From: Campylobacterales bacterium
GTDB taxonomy: Bacteria > Campylobacterota > Campylobacteria > Campylobacterales > QNZT01
DNA: 41,357 bases
Direction: 5' to 3'
Assembly (NCBI GenBank): GCA_027081495.1
Contig: JALWKJ010000181.1
Span: 1-41,357 of the forward strand
Shown piece after piece: positions 27,320 through 36,436 of the stretch. The position numbers were made by a program, and so were the translations under genes. The notes beneath the pieces were generated by a model. That model saw nothing but the letters and a program-made list of their open reading frames with translations. It was not told where the DNA came from and made no database searches. Position 1 is the first letter of the stretch. Each line of letters starts with the position of its first letter.

Positions 27320-28136
27320 GCCCAGAGTTTTAGCGCCCGATCTGAAAAAGATATCTAAAATATCCGACATTTTAAAGAAATATACATTGACTTCCGTATG
27401 TGAAAAAGCCGCCTGCATGAACAGAAACGAATGTTATGCGAACAAAAGTACGACTTTTATGATACTTGGAGATATATGCACTAGATCTTGTCGCTTTTGC
27501 AATATAAAAACAGGCAGACCAAAGGAGGTAGATTTAAACGAACCCCATCGCATAGCTCTTGCGGTAAAAGAGCTTGAACTAAAGTATGTCGTTATAACTT
27601 CGGTTGATAGAGACGATCTTAAGGACTTTGGAGCAAAACAGTTTGTTCGATGCGTACAAAAGATAAAAAAACTCTGCAAAGATACGAAAGTCGAACTCTT
27701 GACTCCTGATTTTAAAGCAAAAAGCGATTTATTGCAAATCATAATCGATTCAAATGCCGATAAATTATCTCACAACCAAGAGAGCACAAGATCTATCTCG
27801 AAAATCCTGCGTCCTCAAAGCGACTATGACAGATCGCTTCAAACCCTTAGATACTATGCAAAAAACTCAAATATTCCCGTAAAATCTTCTCTTATGGTCG
27901 GCTTAGGAGAGAACGAGAAAGATCTCATACAAACCTTTAAAGATCTTAAGAACGCCGGTGTTTCACATTTGACATTAGGACAATACCTTCAACCGAGTCC
28001 AAAACACCAGCCGGTAGTAAAATATTTTAGCCGCGATTTTTTTGAAAGATTAAAAGATATCGCATTGGATATGGGTTTTAAAAGCGTTATTTCCGGCTCG
28101 CTTGTAAGAAGTTCTTATTTTGCTCATCTTTACTAA
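27306..28136 (+). CDS. lipA: Lipoyl synthase LipA (radical SAM)
   Basis: Radical-SAM cluster CTRSCRFC and an N-terminal Cys motif (C...C....C). The sequence shows the usual LipA-family conservation towards the C-terminus. Confidence 0.9.
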   Translation: MNAYKPRVLAPDLKKISKISDILKKYTLTSVCEKAACMNRNECYANKSTTFMILGDICTRSCRFCNIKTGRPKEVDLNEPHRIALAVKELELKYVVITSVDRDDLKDFGAKQFVRCVQKIKKLCKDTKVELLTPDFKAKSDLLQIIIDSNADKLSHNQESTRSISKILRPQSDYDRSLQTLRYYAKNSNIPVKSSLMVGLGENEKDLIQTFKDLKNAGVSHLTLGQYLQPSPKHQPVVKYFSRDFFERLKDIALDMGFKSVISGSLVRSSYFAHLY

Positions 28137-28174
28137 ATAATATTTTCAAATAGTCGATACATTATATAATCAAG

Positions 28175-28216
28175 TCTTCTGAAAAATGATGTTGTTCGAG
28201 AATCATATTTTTCCAG
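28175..28216. repeat. Palindromic intergenic element, 'empty' copy, in the lipA-MCP spacer
   Basis: tcttctgaaaaatgatgttgttcgagaatcatatttttccag. The arms ctgaaaaatgat and atcatatttttc(c)ag are imperfect reverse complements. It matches both flanks of the element at 14-133 without the 63-nt insert. Confidence 0.6.
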
Positions 28217-28250
28217 AGGAGTCGATCGCCACATATTAAAGGAGATTGTT

Positions 28251-29657
28251 TTGTTAAAGATATCGATTATTATATTGTTTCTAGGCGCGCTTGCGGTTTT
28301 GTTTGCTTTTAGCGATACGAGCGATAACGCTCTCGCTTTTGCTCCGATAGCCTTAGGAGGCTTTATAAACTCTAAAAAAAGAGACAAGATATCCTCTTTA
28401 GGCGAAGAGATAAAAAAAGTCGCTACTGAAGCCGCAAAAGGAAATCTTGAACCGAGAATCACAAATATCGATCCAAACGATCCGCTATGTGAAGCGGCGT
28501 GGAGCGTAAACAACATGCTAGATCAAATCGAAGCTACGCTAAGGGGATCGGTTACGGCCATAAAAAGCGCGAGCGAAGGAAAAACTCATAGAAAAGTTTT
28601 TGACAACGGGCTAAAGGGTCTTTTTAAAACCAATAGTAAACTTATTTCAAAAGGCGTCGATGCCATTATCCAAAACAATAAAGATAAACAAAAAGCGGAA
28701 TTGGGTATGAAATTTGAAACCATAAGCGGAGGACTTAAAAAAGGCGTTTCAATTCTTCAAACAAATATAAACGATTCGTTGTCGAATGTCGCGGATATCA
28801 GTAAAATCGCGCAAGAGACGGCGGTCGCATCGGGAGAAAGTACGCAAAGCACAAATGAGCTCTCCGAAAATATCAACCATCTTATAGAATTGATCTCCGA
28901 CATATCCGTTTCTATTAATTCGTTGAACGAAAGATCAAATGAGATAAATATCGTCGTCGATTTGATCAAAGATATAGCGGATCAAACAAACCTTTTGGCA
29001 TTAAACGCCGCTATAGAAGCCGCGCGTGCGGGAGAGCACGGCAGAGGGTTTGCCGTAGTTGCGGATGAGGTAAGAAAACTTGCCGAAAGAACCCAAAAAG
29101 CTACGACAGAGATATCCATCACCATCAAAACACTACAACAAGAAACCGAAAGTATGCAGTCAAATTCACAAGAAGTCAATAAAATTACCGAAATTTCGGA
29201 ACAAAAGATTAAAGATTTTCAAAAGTCTTTGGATAAATTCGATAAAAACGCTATAAAAACCGCGAAACTCTCAAAAAAAGTAGAATATCAAAGCCTTGTT
29301 ATTTACGATAAAATAGAGCATATTCTCTTTAAAGCGGACGCGTATGAGAGAGTTTTGGAGAACAAAAGAGACAATTCGGACATGATAACGGCAAAAGATT
29401 GCAGAGTCGGCGTCTGGTATCCCAATGAAGGCAAAGAGATTTTCGGAAAAACAAAAAGTTATCCTCTTATTTTTGATCCCCATGATAAACTTCATGATTA
29501 TGCAAACAAAAATATAGAAAAGATAGTAAAACATGGATTGAATGGAAAAATAGAAAAAGAACTTATAGATAATTTTATAAATATGGAAAACGCCTGTAAT
29601 CAATTTTTTGATCTTTTGGATAAAATAGCGGTCGAAAAGGTTGAAATGGATGCATAA
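28251..29657 (+). CDS. Methyl-accepting chemotaxis protein with a single N-terminal TM, a HAMP-like linker, an MA signalling domain and a C-terminal CZB (chemoreceptor zinc-binding) domain
   Basis: Signalling hairpin [39 protein letters not shown]. The CZB motif HILF-x23-CRVGVW-x21-HDKLH is present. TTG start 6 nt after AAGGAG. Confidence 0.9.
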   Translation: MLKISIIILFLGALAVLFAFSDTSDNALAFAPIALGGFINSKKRDKISSLGEEIKKVATEAAKGNLEPRITNIDPNDPLCEAAWSVNNMLDQIEATLRGSVTAIKSASEGKTHRKVFDNGLKGLFKTNSKLISKGVDAIIQNNKDKQKAELGMKFETISGGLKKGVSILQTNINDSLSNVADISKIAQETAVASGESTQSTNELSENINHLIELISDISVSINSLNERSNEINIVVDLIKDIADQTNLLALNAAIEAARAGEHGRGFAVVADEVRKLAERTQKATTEISITIKTLQQETESMQSNSQEVNKITEISEQKIKDFQKSLDKFDKNAIKTAKLSKKVEYQSLVIYDKIEHILFKADAYERVLENKRDNSDMITAKDCRVGVWYPNEGKEIFGKTKSYPLIFDPHDKLHDYANKNIEKIVKHGLNGKIEKELIDNFINMENACNQFFDLLDKIAVEKVEMDA

Positions 29658-29686
29658 ATATAAGCTAAACCTTATATTTATGCATC
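29649..29686 (+). terminator. Perfect 16-bp hairpin overlapping the MCP stop codon (putative terminator or mRNA-stabilising stem)
   Basis: gatgcataaatataag ctaaac cttatatttatgcatc. The arms are exact reverse complements. No clear U-tract follows. Confidence 0.45.
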
Positions 29687-29737
29687 AACAAACCTTAAGC
29701 AATTTTAAAGTATAATCCCCATTTAGAAATAAGGCTT

Positions 29738-30550
29738 ATGTTGATTAAAGCTAAAAAAAAATTTGGTCAAAACTTTTTAAAAGACGAGTCGATAAAAAAG
29801 AAAATCATCCAATCGATGCCCAAAGACGACGATTTAGTCATTGAAATTGGACCTGGCTTAGGTGATTTAACAAAAGAGTTGCTTCACGCCCGCAAGCGCG
29901 TGACGGCTTTTGAGATTGACTTAGAGTTATGCGGTTATTTGCAAAAAAGTTTTAATAGCGAAATAAAAGAAAAACGGCTTAGGTTAATTTGTACGGATGT
30001 TTTGAAGGTCTGGGAGCGCGGCTTCTTGTCTGAAGAAAAGTATCATCTTGTCGCAAATTTGCCTTACTATATAGCAACAAATATCATACTAAGAGCGCTT
30101 GAAGACATAAAGTGTAGATCGATTTTAGTCATGATACAAAAAGAGGTTGCAGAAAAATTCTCCGCAAAAAGCGGGGATAAAAGTTTTTCCGCGCTATCGA
30201 TTTTGGCAAATAGTATTTCAAAAACCGAGATACTTTTCGATGTGGACAAAGATTCTTTTGATCCGCCTCCAAAAGTCGTCTCTTCAGTATTAAAGATTGA
30301 AAAATTGAAAGAGTTTATAGACAAAGAGCTTTTTTGTGATCAAAAAGAGTTGGAAGATTTTAAACATTTTTTAAGAGCTGCTTTTGGGCAGCCGAGAAAA
30401 ACGCTGCTTAAAAATCTTCAAACCCTCTTTGATAAAAACGCTCTTTTAAAACAATTTGAACTTTTTGAAATACCGTCAAACGCAAGACCTCATCAACTCG
30501 AAATCTCGAAATATCACCTATTATTTAAAAATCGCGACCATCTGTCATAA
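29738..30550 (+). CDS. rsmA: 16S rRNA (adenine1518/1519-N6)-dimethyltransferase RsmA/KsgA
   Basis: KKKFGQNFL, the SAM motif VIEIGPGLGDLT, and NLPYYI. Confidence 0.9.
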   Translation: MLIKAKKKFGQNFLKDESIKKKIIQSMPKDDDLVIEIGPGLGDLTKELLHARKRVTAFEIDLELCGYLQKSFNSEIKEKRLRLICTDVLKVWERGFLSEEKYHLVANLPYYIATNIILRALEDIKCRSILVMIQKEVAEKFSAKSGDKSFSALSILANSISKTEILFDVDKDSFDPPPKVVSSVLKIEKLKEFIDKELFCDQKELEDFKHFLRAAFGQPRKTLLKNLQTLFDKNALLKQFELFEIPSNARPHQLEISKYHLLFKNRDHLS

Positions 30551-30597
30551 TTTGGTATGCAAAAAATAAAGAGCATCCGCTCTATACAGGAAAATCG

Positions 30598-32517
30598 ATG
30601 GAAGAAAATAATCAACAATCAAACAATAATACTCAAAACAGAAATCAAAATAAAAACAACCATAACAAAAGAAATAACAATCCAAACCAAAAACAACAAA
30701 ATCAAGGACAAAATAGACCGAAAAAGAGAAAAGGTCCACCGAAATTTTCGGCAAAACTGGGAAATCAAAACTGGGAAATAGCGATAAAAGACGCGATAAA
30801 AGCAAATAAAAAAGTTCGTGCCGACACGCTATCTACTTTTAACAATATCAAATCTTCAAACGCTTCCATAAAAATAACTCCACTCGGAGGTCTTGGAGAA
30901 ATAGGCGGAAACTTTATGATAATGGAAACGAATACTTCAGCTATTATCATAGATATCGGAATGAGTTTTCCAAATGAAAATATGCATGGAGTCGATATAT
31001 TAGTGCCGGATTTTAGCTATATAAAAAAGATAAAAGACAAAATAGAAGGCATAATCATAACTCACGCTCACGAAGATCATATCGGCGCGGTTCCCTACTT
31101 CTTTAAACAATTTAAATTTCCAATTTACGCGACGCCTCTGCCGCTTGGAATGCTCTCAAATAAATTTGACGAGCATGGTCTAAAAAAAGATAAAAGTTAC
31201 TTTCGCCCCGTTCTAAAGAGAAAAATCTATACAATCGGCGAATTTGAGATAGAGTGGATTCATGTAACCCACTCCATTATCGACGCTTCCTCATTGGCGA
31301 TTACTACCGATGCCGGGACGATCATACATACCGGAGATTTTAAAATCGACCATACCCCCATCGACGGACAACCAACCGACCTTCATAGGTTTGCGCACTA
31401 TGGCGAAAAAGGAGTTCTTCTTTTAATGAGCGACAGTACCAACTCTTATAAAGAGGGCATAACCAAAAGCGAAAGCACAGTCGGTCCGACTTTTGACAGG
31501 ATATTTAGCAACGCCAAAGGAAGAGTTATTATGTCAACATTCTCTTCAAATATTCATAGAGTTTATCAAGCCATCTCTCATGGCGTAAAATACAACAGAA
31601 AAGTTTGTGTTATCGGTCGCTCTATGGAAAGAAACCTCGACATAGCGATGGAGCTTGGATATATAAATCTCGATAGAAGAATTTTTATAGATCCTCATGA
31701 AGTAAATAAATTTGACGATAAAGATATACTCATAGTCACTACGGGCTCGCAAGGAGAGACTATGAGCGCGCTTTATAGAATGGCGACCGACGAACACAGA
31801 CATATAAAAATCAAACCCACGGATCAAATCATCATCTCCGCAAAAGCGATTCCCGGAAATGAAGCGAGCGTTTCAAGGGTTTTAAATTTTCTTATCAAAG
31901 CCGGCGCAAGCGTAGCGTATCAGGATTTTAGCGAAATTCATGTAAGCGGCCATGCGGCGATGGAAGAGCAAAAACTTATGATGCGCCTTGTAAAACCGAA
32001 ATTTTTCATGCCCGTACACGGCGAATACAATCATATTTACAAACATGCTCAAACCGCAATAACTTGCGGCATAAATCCACGAAATATATATCTGATGAGC
32101 GACGGAGATCAAATCGAAATATCCCAAAGATCGCTTAAAAAAGTAGCGACCGTAAAAACGGGAAAAACTTATATCGATAACCAAATCAATAAACAAATCG
32201 ACGACGATGTCGTTATAGACAGACAAAACCTTGCAGATGCGGGCATAGTCATGCTGGTTGTCCAGATCGATGAACAGAGTAAAAAACTCATAGGTAAACC
32301 GGTTGTCAGAACTTACGGTATCGTAGCCGATAGAAAAGATAAAGCTTTTACGAAAGAGATGGAAGATCTTTTGGATCATTTTCTAATCAATGCAAAACCG
32401 GAACAACTACAAGATCAAAAAGGAATAGAAAATACATTAAGACAGGTGATCAGAAAACATATATTCAGGACATTTAAAAAATACCCGACAATAGTGCCCA
32501 CCGTATTTTTAATGTAA
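30598..32517 (+). CDS. rnj: Ribonuclease J with an N/Q/K-rich N-terminal extension
   Basis: Metallo-beta-lactamase motif ITHAHEDHIG, beta-CASP motifs and HVSGHA. The first 50 or so residues are low-complexity (NNQQSNNNTQNRNQNKNNHNKRNNNPNQKQQNQGQN). Confidence 0.9.
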   Translation: MEENNQQSNNNTQNRNQNKNNHNKRNNNPNQKQQNQGQNRPKKRKGPPKFSAKLGNQNWEIAIKDAIKANKKVRADTLSTFNNIKSSNASIKITPLGGLGEIGGNFMIMETNTSAIIIDIGMSFPNENMHGVDILVPDFSYIKKIKDKIEGIIITHAHEDHIGAVPYFFKQFKFPIYATPLPLGMLSNKFDEHGLKKDKSYFRPVLKRKIYTIGEFEIEWIHVTHSIIDASSLAITTDAGTIIHTGDFKIDHTPIDGQPTDLHRFAHYGEKGVLLLMSDSTNSYKEGITKSESTVGPTFDRIFSNAKGRVIMSTFSSNIHRVYQAISHGVKYNRKVCVIGRSMERNLDIAMELGYINLDRRIFIDPHEVNKFDDKDILIVTTGSQGETMSALYRMATDEHRHIKIKPTDQIIISAKAIPGNEASVSRVLNFLIKAGASVAYQDFSEIHVSGHAAMEEQKLMMRLVKPKFFMPVHGEYNHIYKHAQTAITCGINPRNIYLMSDGDQIEISQRSLKKVATVKTGKTYIDNQINKQIDDDVVIDRQNLADAGIVMLVVQIDEQSKKLIGKPVVRTYGIVADRKDKAFTKEMEDLLDHFLINAKPEQLQDQKGIENTLRQVIRKHIFRTFKKYPTIVPTVFLM

Positions 32518-32519
32518 TC

Positions 32520-33482
32520 ATGAACTATACTAAAATCGCAAAAGAAGTTCTACAAATAGAAGCCGAAGAACTCATTAGAGCCTCAACGAAACTTGATGAC
32601 GAGATAAAAAAGGCGGTATCTCTGATCTTTAAGACAAAAGGTAAACTTATCGTTACGGGTGTGGGAAAAAGCGGACTTGTCGGAACTAAAATGGCGGCTA
32701 CCTTCGCAAGTACCGGAACAAGCAGCTTTTTTCTCCATCCGACGGAAGCTTTACACGGCGATCTTGGCATGATTGACAAAAACGACACGGTTTTTGCTAT
32801 CAGCTACAGCGGTGAGAGCGAAGAGCTTACTAAAATTTTACCACATATAAAACGCTTTGAAATTCCTCTAATCGCTATGGCAAAAAGCAAAGATACGACT
32901 TTGGGAAGATATAGCGATCTGTTTATTCCGATATCGGTTGAGAAAGAGGCTTGTCCTCTTGGGGTAGCGCCTACATCCTCGACGACTCTTACAATGGCGA
33001 TAGGCGATGCGTTAGCGGTTTGTCTAATGCAAAAAAGAGGATTTAAAAAAGAGGATTTCGCATCGTTTCATCCCGGAGGAACTCTTGGAAAAATGCTTTT
33101 TATCAAAATAAAAGATCTCATGAGAAAAGAAAACCTTCCCGTAGTAACCGTAGATACTCCTTTAAAAGAGACTATTGTCGTCATGAGCGAAGGAAGACTG
33201 GGCAATGTTCTCATAGCGGACGAATCAAATAGACTTTTGGGTGTTTTAAGCGACGGAGATCTAAGAAGAGCTTTGATGAAAGATGATTTTTCACTCGAAA
33301 AAAAAGCATATATTTACGCTACAAAGAATCCGAAGTATATCACGGATAAAAATATGCTGGCAAGCGAAGCGTTAAAAATCATAGAAGAAAATAAACTCCA
33401 ACATCTTGTCATAACGGATAAAAATAAGAAAATAAGAGGAATTTTACATATTCACGACTTAATCGAAGCGGGAATAAAATAG
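32520..33482 (+). CDS. kdsD: Arabinose-5-phosphate isomerase (KdsD/KpsF family; SIS domain plus two CBS domains)
   Basis: SIS motif GVGKSG.VG.K.AATFASTGT...HP.EA.HGDLG, followed by a CBS pair. Confidence 0.85.
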   Translation: MNYTKIAKEVLQIEAEELIRASTKLDDEIKKAVSLIFKTKGKLIVTGVGKSGLVGTKMAATFASTGTSSFFLHPTEALHGDLGMIDKNDTVFAISYSGESEELTKILPHIKRFEIPLIAMAKSKDTTLGRYSDLFIPISVEKEACPLGVAPTSSTTLTMAIGDALAVCLMQKRGFKKEDFASFHPGGTLGKMLFIKIKDLMRKENLPVVTVDTPLKETIVVMSEGRLGNVLIADESNRLLGVLSDGDLRRALMKDDFSLEKKAYIYATKNPKYITDKNMLASEALKIIEENKLQHLVITDKNKKIRGILHIHDLIEAGIK

Positions 33483-33534
33483 CTCAAGACCGTGCAAACC
33501 CGTCACTTTAACAAATATGTGATAAACTCGTTTT

Positions 33535-34302
33535 ATGGAAAATTTACGATTAAACAAATATCTCTCTCACAATACTAAATACTCCCGCCGTGAAGCGGAC
33601 GAACTTATAAAAGACGGTCATGTCAAAATCAGAGGCAAAGTGGTGACGGATCTCTCTACAAAGGTGCAAAAAGGCGATAAAGTCTATCTAAAAGGACGAT
33701 TCGTACACCCGAAAAATGAATTTACCGTTTTGGTCTATAACAAAAAAAAGGGTGAACTCGTAGCGAAAAAAGACGATAGGGGGAGAAAGACTATTTACGA
33801 AAACCTCTCGGGGCGCTATCGACACTTCATACCCATCGGCAGGCTGGATTTCGCAAGCGAGGGATTGATACTTTTAACCGACTCGCCGACAGTCGCGACA
33901 GCGCTTATGACAAGCAATCTCGAGAGAGTCTATTTTCTCAAGATAAAAGGTCAAGTTACCGACCAAATAGAAGAAGCGATGAAAAAAGGTTTTAGCGCCG
34001 ATATCGCCACTAAAGGGGCTCACAAAAAAACTAAAATCATCTCAATGGAGTTCGCGCCGTTTTTATGGTATAAAATTCAAAAAAACAGCGGTGGATATAC
34101 AAAACTAAAAGTAGCCATAAATGAAGGAAAAAACAGAGAGCTTAGAAGATTTTTCGGATACTTTAACGCCGATGTCGTGGATCTTAAAAGAGTGGAGTTT
34201 GGAGGCATATCTCTTGATATCGCCCCCGGTAAAAGTCGTTTTTTAACAAAAACGGAGTATCATTCGCTTCATACATATCTTCAAGGTCTTAAAAAAGCGT
34301 GA
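33535..34302 (+). CDS. Pseudouridine synthase, RsuA/RluB family (S4 domain plus catalytic domain)
   Basis: S4-like N-terminus LNKYLSHNTKYSRREADELI, the catalytic motif GRLDFASEGLILLTD, and EGKNRELRR. Confidence 0.85.
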   Translation: MENLRLNKYLSHNTKYSRREADELIKDGHVKIRGKVVTDLSTKVQKGDKVYLKGRFVHPKNEFTVLVYNKKKGELVAKKDDRGRKTIYENLSGRYRHFIPIGRLDFASEGLILLTDSPTVATALMTSNLERVYFLKIKGQVTDQIEEAMKKGFSADIATKGAHKKTKIISMEFAPFLWYKIQKNSGGYTKLKVAINEGKNRELRRFFGYFNADVVDLKRVEFGGISLDIAPGKSRFLTKTEYHSLHTYLQGLKKA

Positions 34303-35492
34303 ACGATTTCGCAAAAATTTTCCGCCCTCAAAAGATAGAAGATATTGTAGGACAAAAACATCTTGTCCATAAAAACAGCGCATTTTATAAACTCGTAAAA
34401 AATAAAAACATTCCCCACAGTTTTTTTTTCGGACCGCCAGGCTGCGGGAAGACGACTATGGCGAAAATCATAGCAAAAGAGATAGACGCCCCCTTTTTTG
34501 AATTAGACGCCACAAGCCTAAAAGTAGATCAATTTAGAAAAATTTTCGCAAAATACAAATCAACTCTGACAAAACCAGTTATATTTGTAGATGAAGTGCA
34601 TCGCTTAAGTCGCACCCAACAAGAGGTTTTACTCATTCCTATGGAAGAAAACATCGCTCTTGTCATAGGCGCTTCAACCGAAAACCCTTACTTTAGTCTC
34701 ACTTCGGGCATTAGATCGCGATCTATGCTGTTTGAATTTAAAGCTTTAAACAAAGAAGATCTAAACGAGCTTCTTATAAGAGTTCAAAACAAAATTGATT
34801 TTTCTATAGACAAAGACGCAAAAAGATATCTTATATCATCAAGCGGCGGAGATAGCCGGGCATTTTTAAATCTTTTAGAATTTGCCGTAAAAGTCGATAA
34901 ACACATCCGCTTAGAAACTCTAAAATCGCTTCGCCCGACCATGATAAAAGACGGCGTAAACAGCAGCGACACTCACTACAACCTTATAAGCGCATTGATA
35001 AAAAGTATCAGAGGAAGCGATATAGACGCTTCCATATACTACCTTGCAAGACTTGTTGACGGCGGAGAACCTCCCGAATTTATAGCTAGAAGGTTAGTCA
35101 TACTAGCAAGCGAAGATATAGGAAACGCAAACCCCAACGCTCTTAATCTTGCCGTTTCAACGATGGTTTCGGTCTCAAAGATAGGTTATCCCGAAAGTAG
35201 AATCATACTATCTCAATGCGTGATATATTTGGCTTCGTCTCCAAAATCAAACAGCGCATACAAAGCTATAAACAGCGCGCTTGAATATGTCAAAAACAAC
35301 CCGAAACTAGATATCGAAGATCATTTAAAAAGCCCCTCTCCAAAAGGGTATCTCTACCCTCATGATTTTGGCGGCTGGGTAAAGCAAAGTTATCTGCAAA
35401 AACCGCTGCAATTTTATAAATCACAAAAAATGGCTTTCGAAAAAACTCTTGACGAATGGATAAAAAAAATCAAAGGAGAAAAAAGTGAATAA
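34299..35492 (+). CDS. rarA: Replication-associated recombination protein A (RarA/MgsA AAA+ ATPase)
   Basis: FRPQ..EDIVGQ.HL, Walker A GPPGCGKTT, Walker B IFVDEVHR, and the C-terminal MgsA motifs HYN.ISA..KS.RGSD.DA..YYLAR. GTG start overlapping the upstream stop. Confidence 0.9.
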   Translation: MNDFAKIFRPQKIEDIVGQKHLVHKNSAFYKLVKNKNIPHSFFFGPPGCGKTTMAKIIAKEIDAPFFELDATSLKVDQFRKIFAKYKSTLTKPVIFVDEVHRLSRTQQEVLLIPMEENIALVIGASTENPYFSLTSGIRSRSMLFEFKALNKEDLNELLIRVQNKIDFSIDKDAKRYLISSSGGDSRAFLNLLEFAVKVDKHIRLETLKSLRPTMIKDGVNSSDTHYNLISALIKSIRGSDIDASIYYLARLVDGGEPPEFIARRLVILASEDIGNANPNALNLAVSTMVSVSKIGYPESRIILSQCVIYLASSPKSNSAYKAINSALEYVKNNPKLDIEDHLKSPSPKGYLYPHDFGGWVKQSYLQKPLQFYKSQKMAFEKTLDEWIKKIKGEKSE

Positions 35493-36399
35493 ATTCGGCT
35501 ATTTATACGACCCCGTTTTTACTCTTCACGATACGGGAAAGAATCACATAGAAAACAGATATCGTGTCGAAGCGATAAACGAAACGGTAACTCAAAAATA
35601 TGACTTTTTACCCATACCGATAAGAGAAGGAAATAAAGAAGAGCTTTTAACGGTTCATGACAAAGAGTATGTCGAATGGATCGAAAACGGTTATAAAAAC
35701 GGAGTAAGATCGATCATATCAAGCGATACCGTAATCTCTGAAAATAGTTATAAAACGGCTCTTATCGCCGCGACTAGCACAAAAAATGTTATAGACCTTT
35801 TCAAAGAAAAAAAGATAACGAAAGCTTTTTTAAACCTTCGCCCGCCGGGACATCATGCGGAAATTATAACGGGACAGGGATTTTGTATATTTAACAATAT
35901 AGCGCTTATGGCTAAATACGCGCAAAACGCCGGTTACGATAAAGTTTTGATCATCGATTTCGATGTTCATCATGGAAACGGTACTCAAGATATCTTTTAT
36001 GAAGATAACAGCGTGTTTTATTTTAGCGTTCATGAAAAAAACAATTATCCTTATTTCACGGGAGGCGAAGACGAAATAGGAAGGGGCGAGGGAGTGGGAT
36101 TTAATAAAAATATCGCTTATGAGGATTTCATCGAAGATGAAAAATTTATCGGGTTTTTCGACGAGCTTCCAAAAGATTTCGATTTTGATATAGTTTTAGT
36201 CTCTGCCGGCTATGATCTGATGAGAGATGAACAAATTTCAAGCGCGCAAATTACATTTGACGCTCTAAGAAAAGTCATAAGAAAGATTTTAGATTTTAAA
36301 GGCGATAAACCGATAGCGTTTTTACTCGAGGGCGGATACAATATCGATTCGCTTGTAAAAAGTGTCGATGTGACGCTGGAAGAGATAGACAAATCATAA
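35485..36399 (+). CDS. Histone deacetylase-family (class II HDAC / acetoin-utilisation AcuC / acetylpolyamine amidohydrolase-like) protein
   Basis: RPPGHHA, DFDVHHGNGTQ and EGGYN motifs. GTG start overlapping rarA by 8 nt. Confidence 0.8.
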   Translation: MNKFGYLYDPVFTLHDTGKNHIENRYRVEAINETVTQKYDFLPIPIREGNKEELLTVHDKEYVEWIENGYKNGVRSIISSDTVISENSYKTALIAATSTKNVIDLFKEKKITKAFLNLRPPGHHAEIITGQGFCIFNNIALMAKYAQNAGYDKVLIIDFDVHHGNGTQDIFYEDNSVFYFSVHEKNNYPYFTGGEDEIGRGEGVGFNKNIAYEDFIEDEKFIGFFDELPKDFDFDIVLVSAGYDLMRDEQISSAQITFDALRKVIRKILDFKGDKPIAFLLEGGYNIDSLVKSVDVTLEEIDKS

Positions 36400-36436
36400 A
36401 ATTTTGCCTAAAAATTGAAATTTCTTTCAAAAAACT

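Noticed and set aside
28133-28516. 127-aa minus-strand ORF spanning the lipA-MCP spacer and the 5' end of the MCP gene
   Set aside because: It is antisense to a well-supported MCP start (RBS plus a TM helix), runs through the intergenic palindrome, has no RBS, and has a low-complexity S/F/A-rich sequence. It is a shadow ORF.
30557-30781. 74-aa ORF (MQKIKSIRSIQENRWKK...) in an alternative frame over the start of rnj
   Set aside because: It is a by-product of the A-rich quasi-repetitive DNA that encodes the RNase J N/Q-rich tail. The rnj frame continues into the conserved catalytic core.
31882-32379. 165-aa minus-strand ORF inside rnj
   Set aside because: It is a shadow ORF opposite a highly conserved RNase J coding frame.
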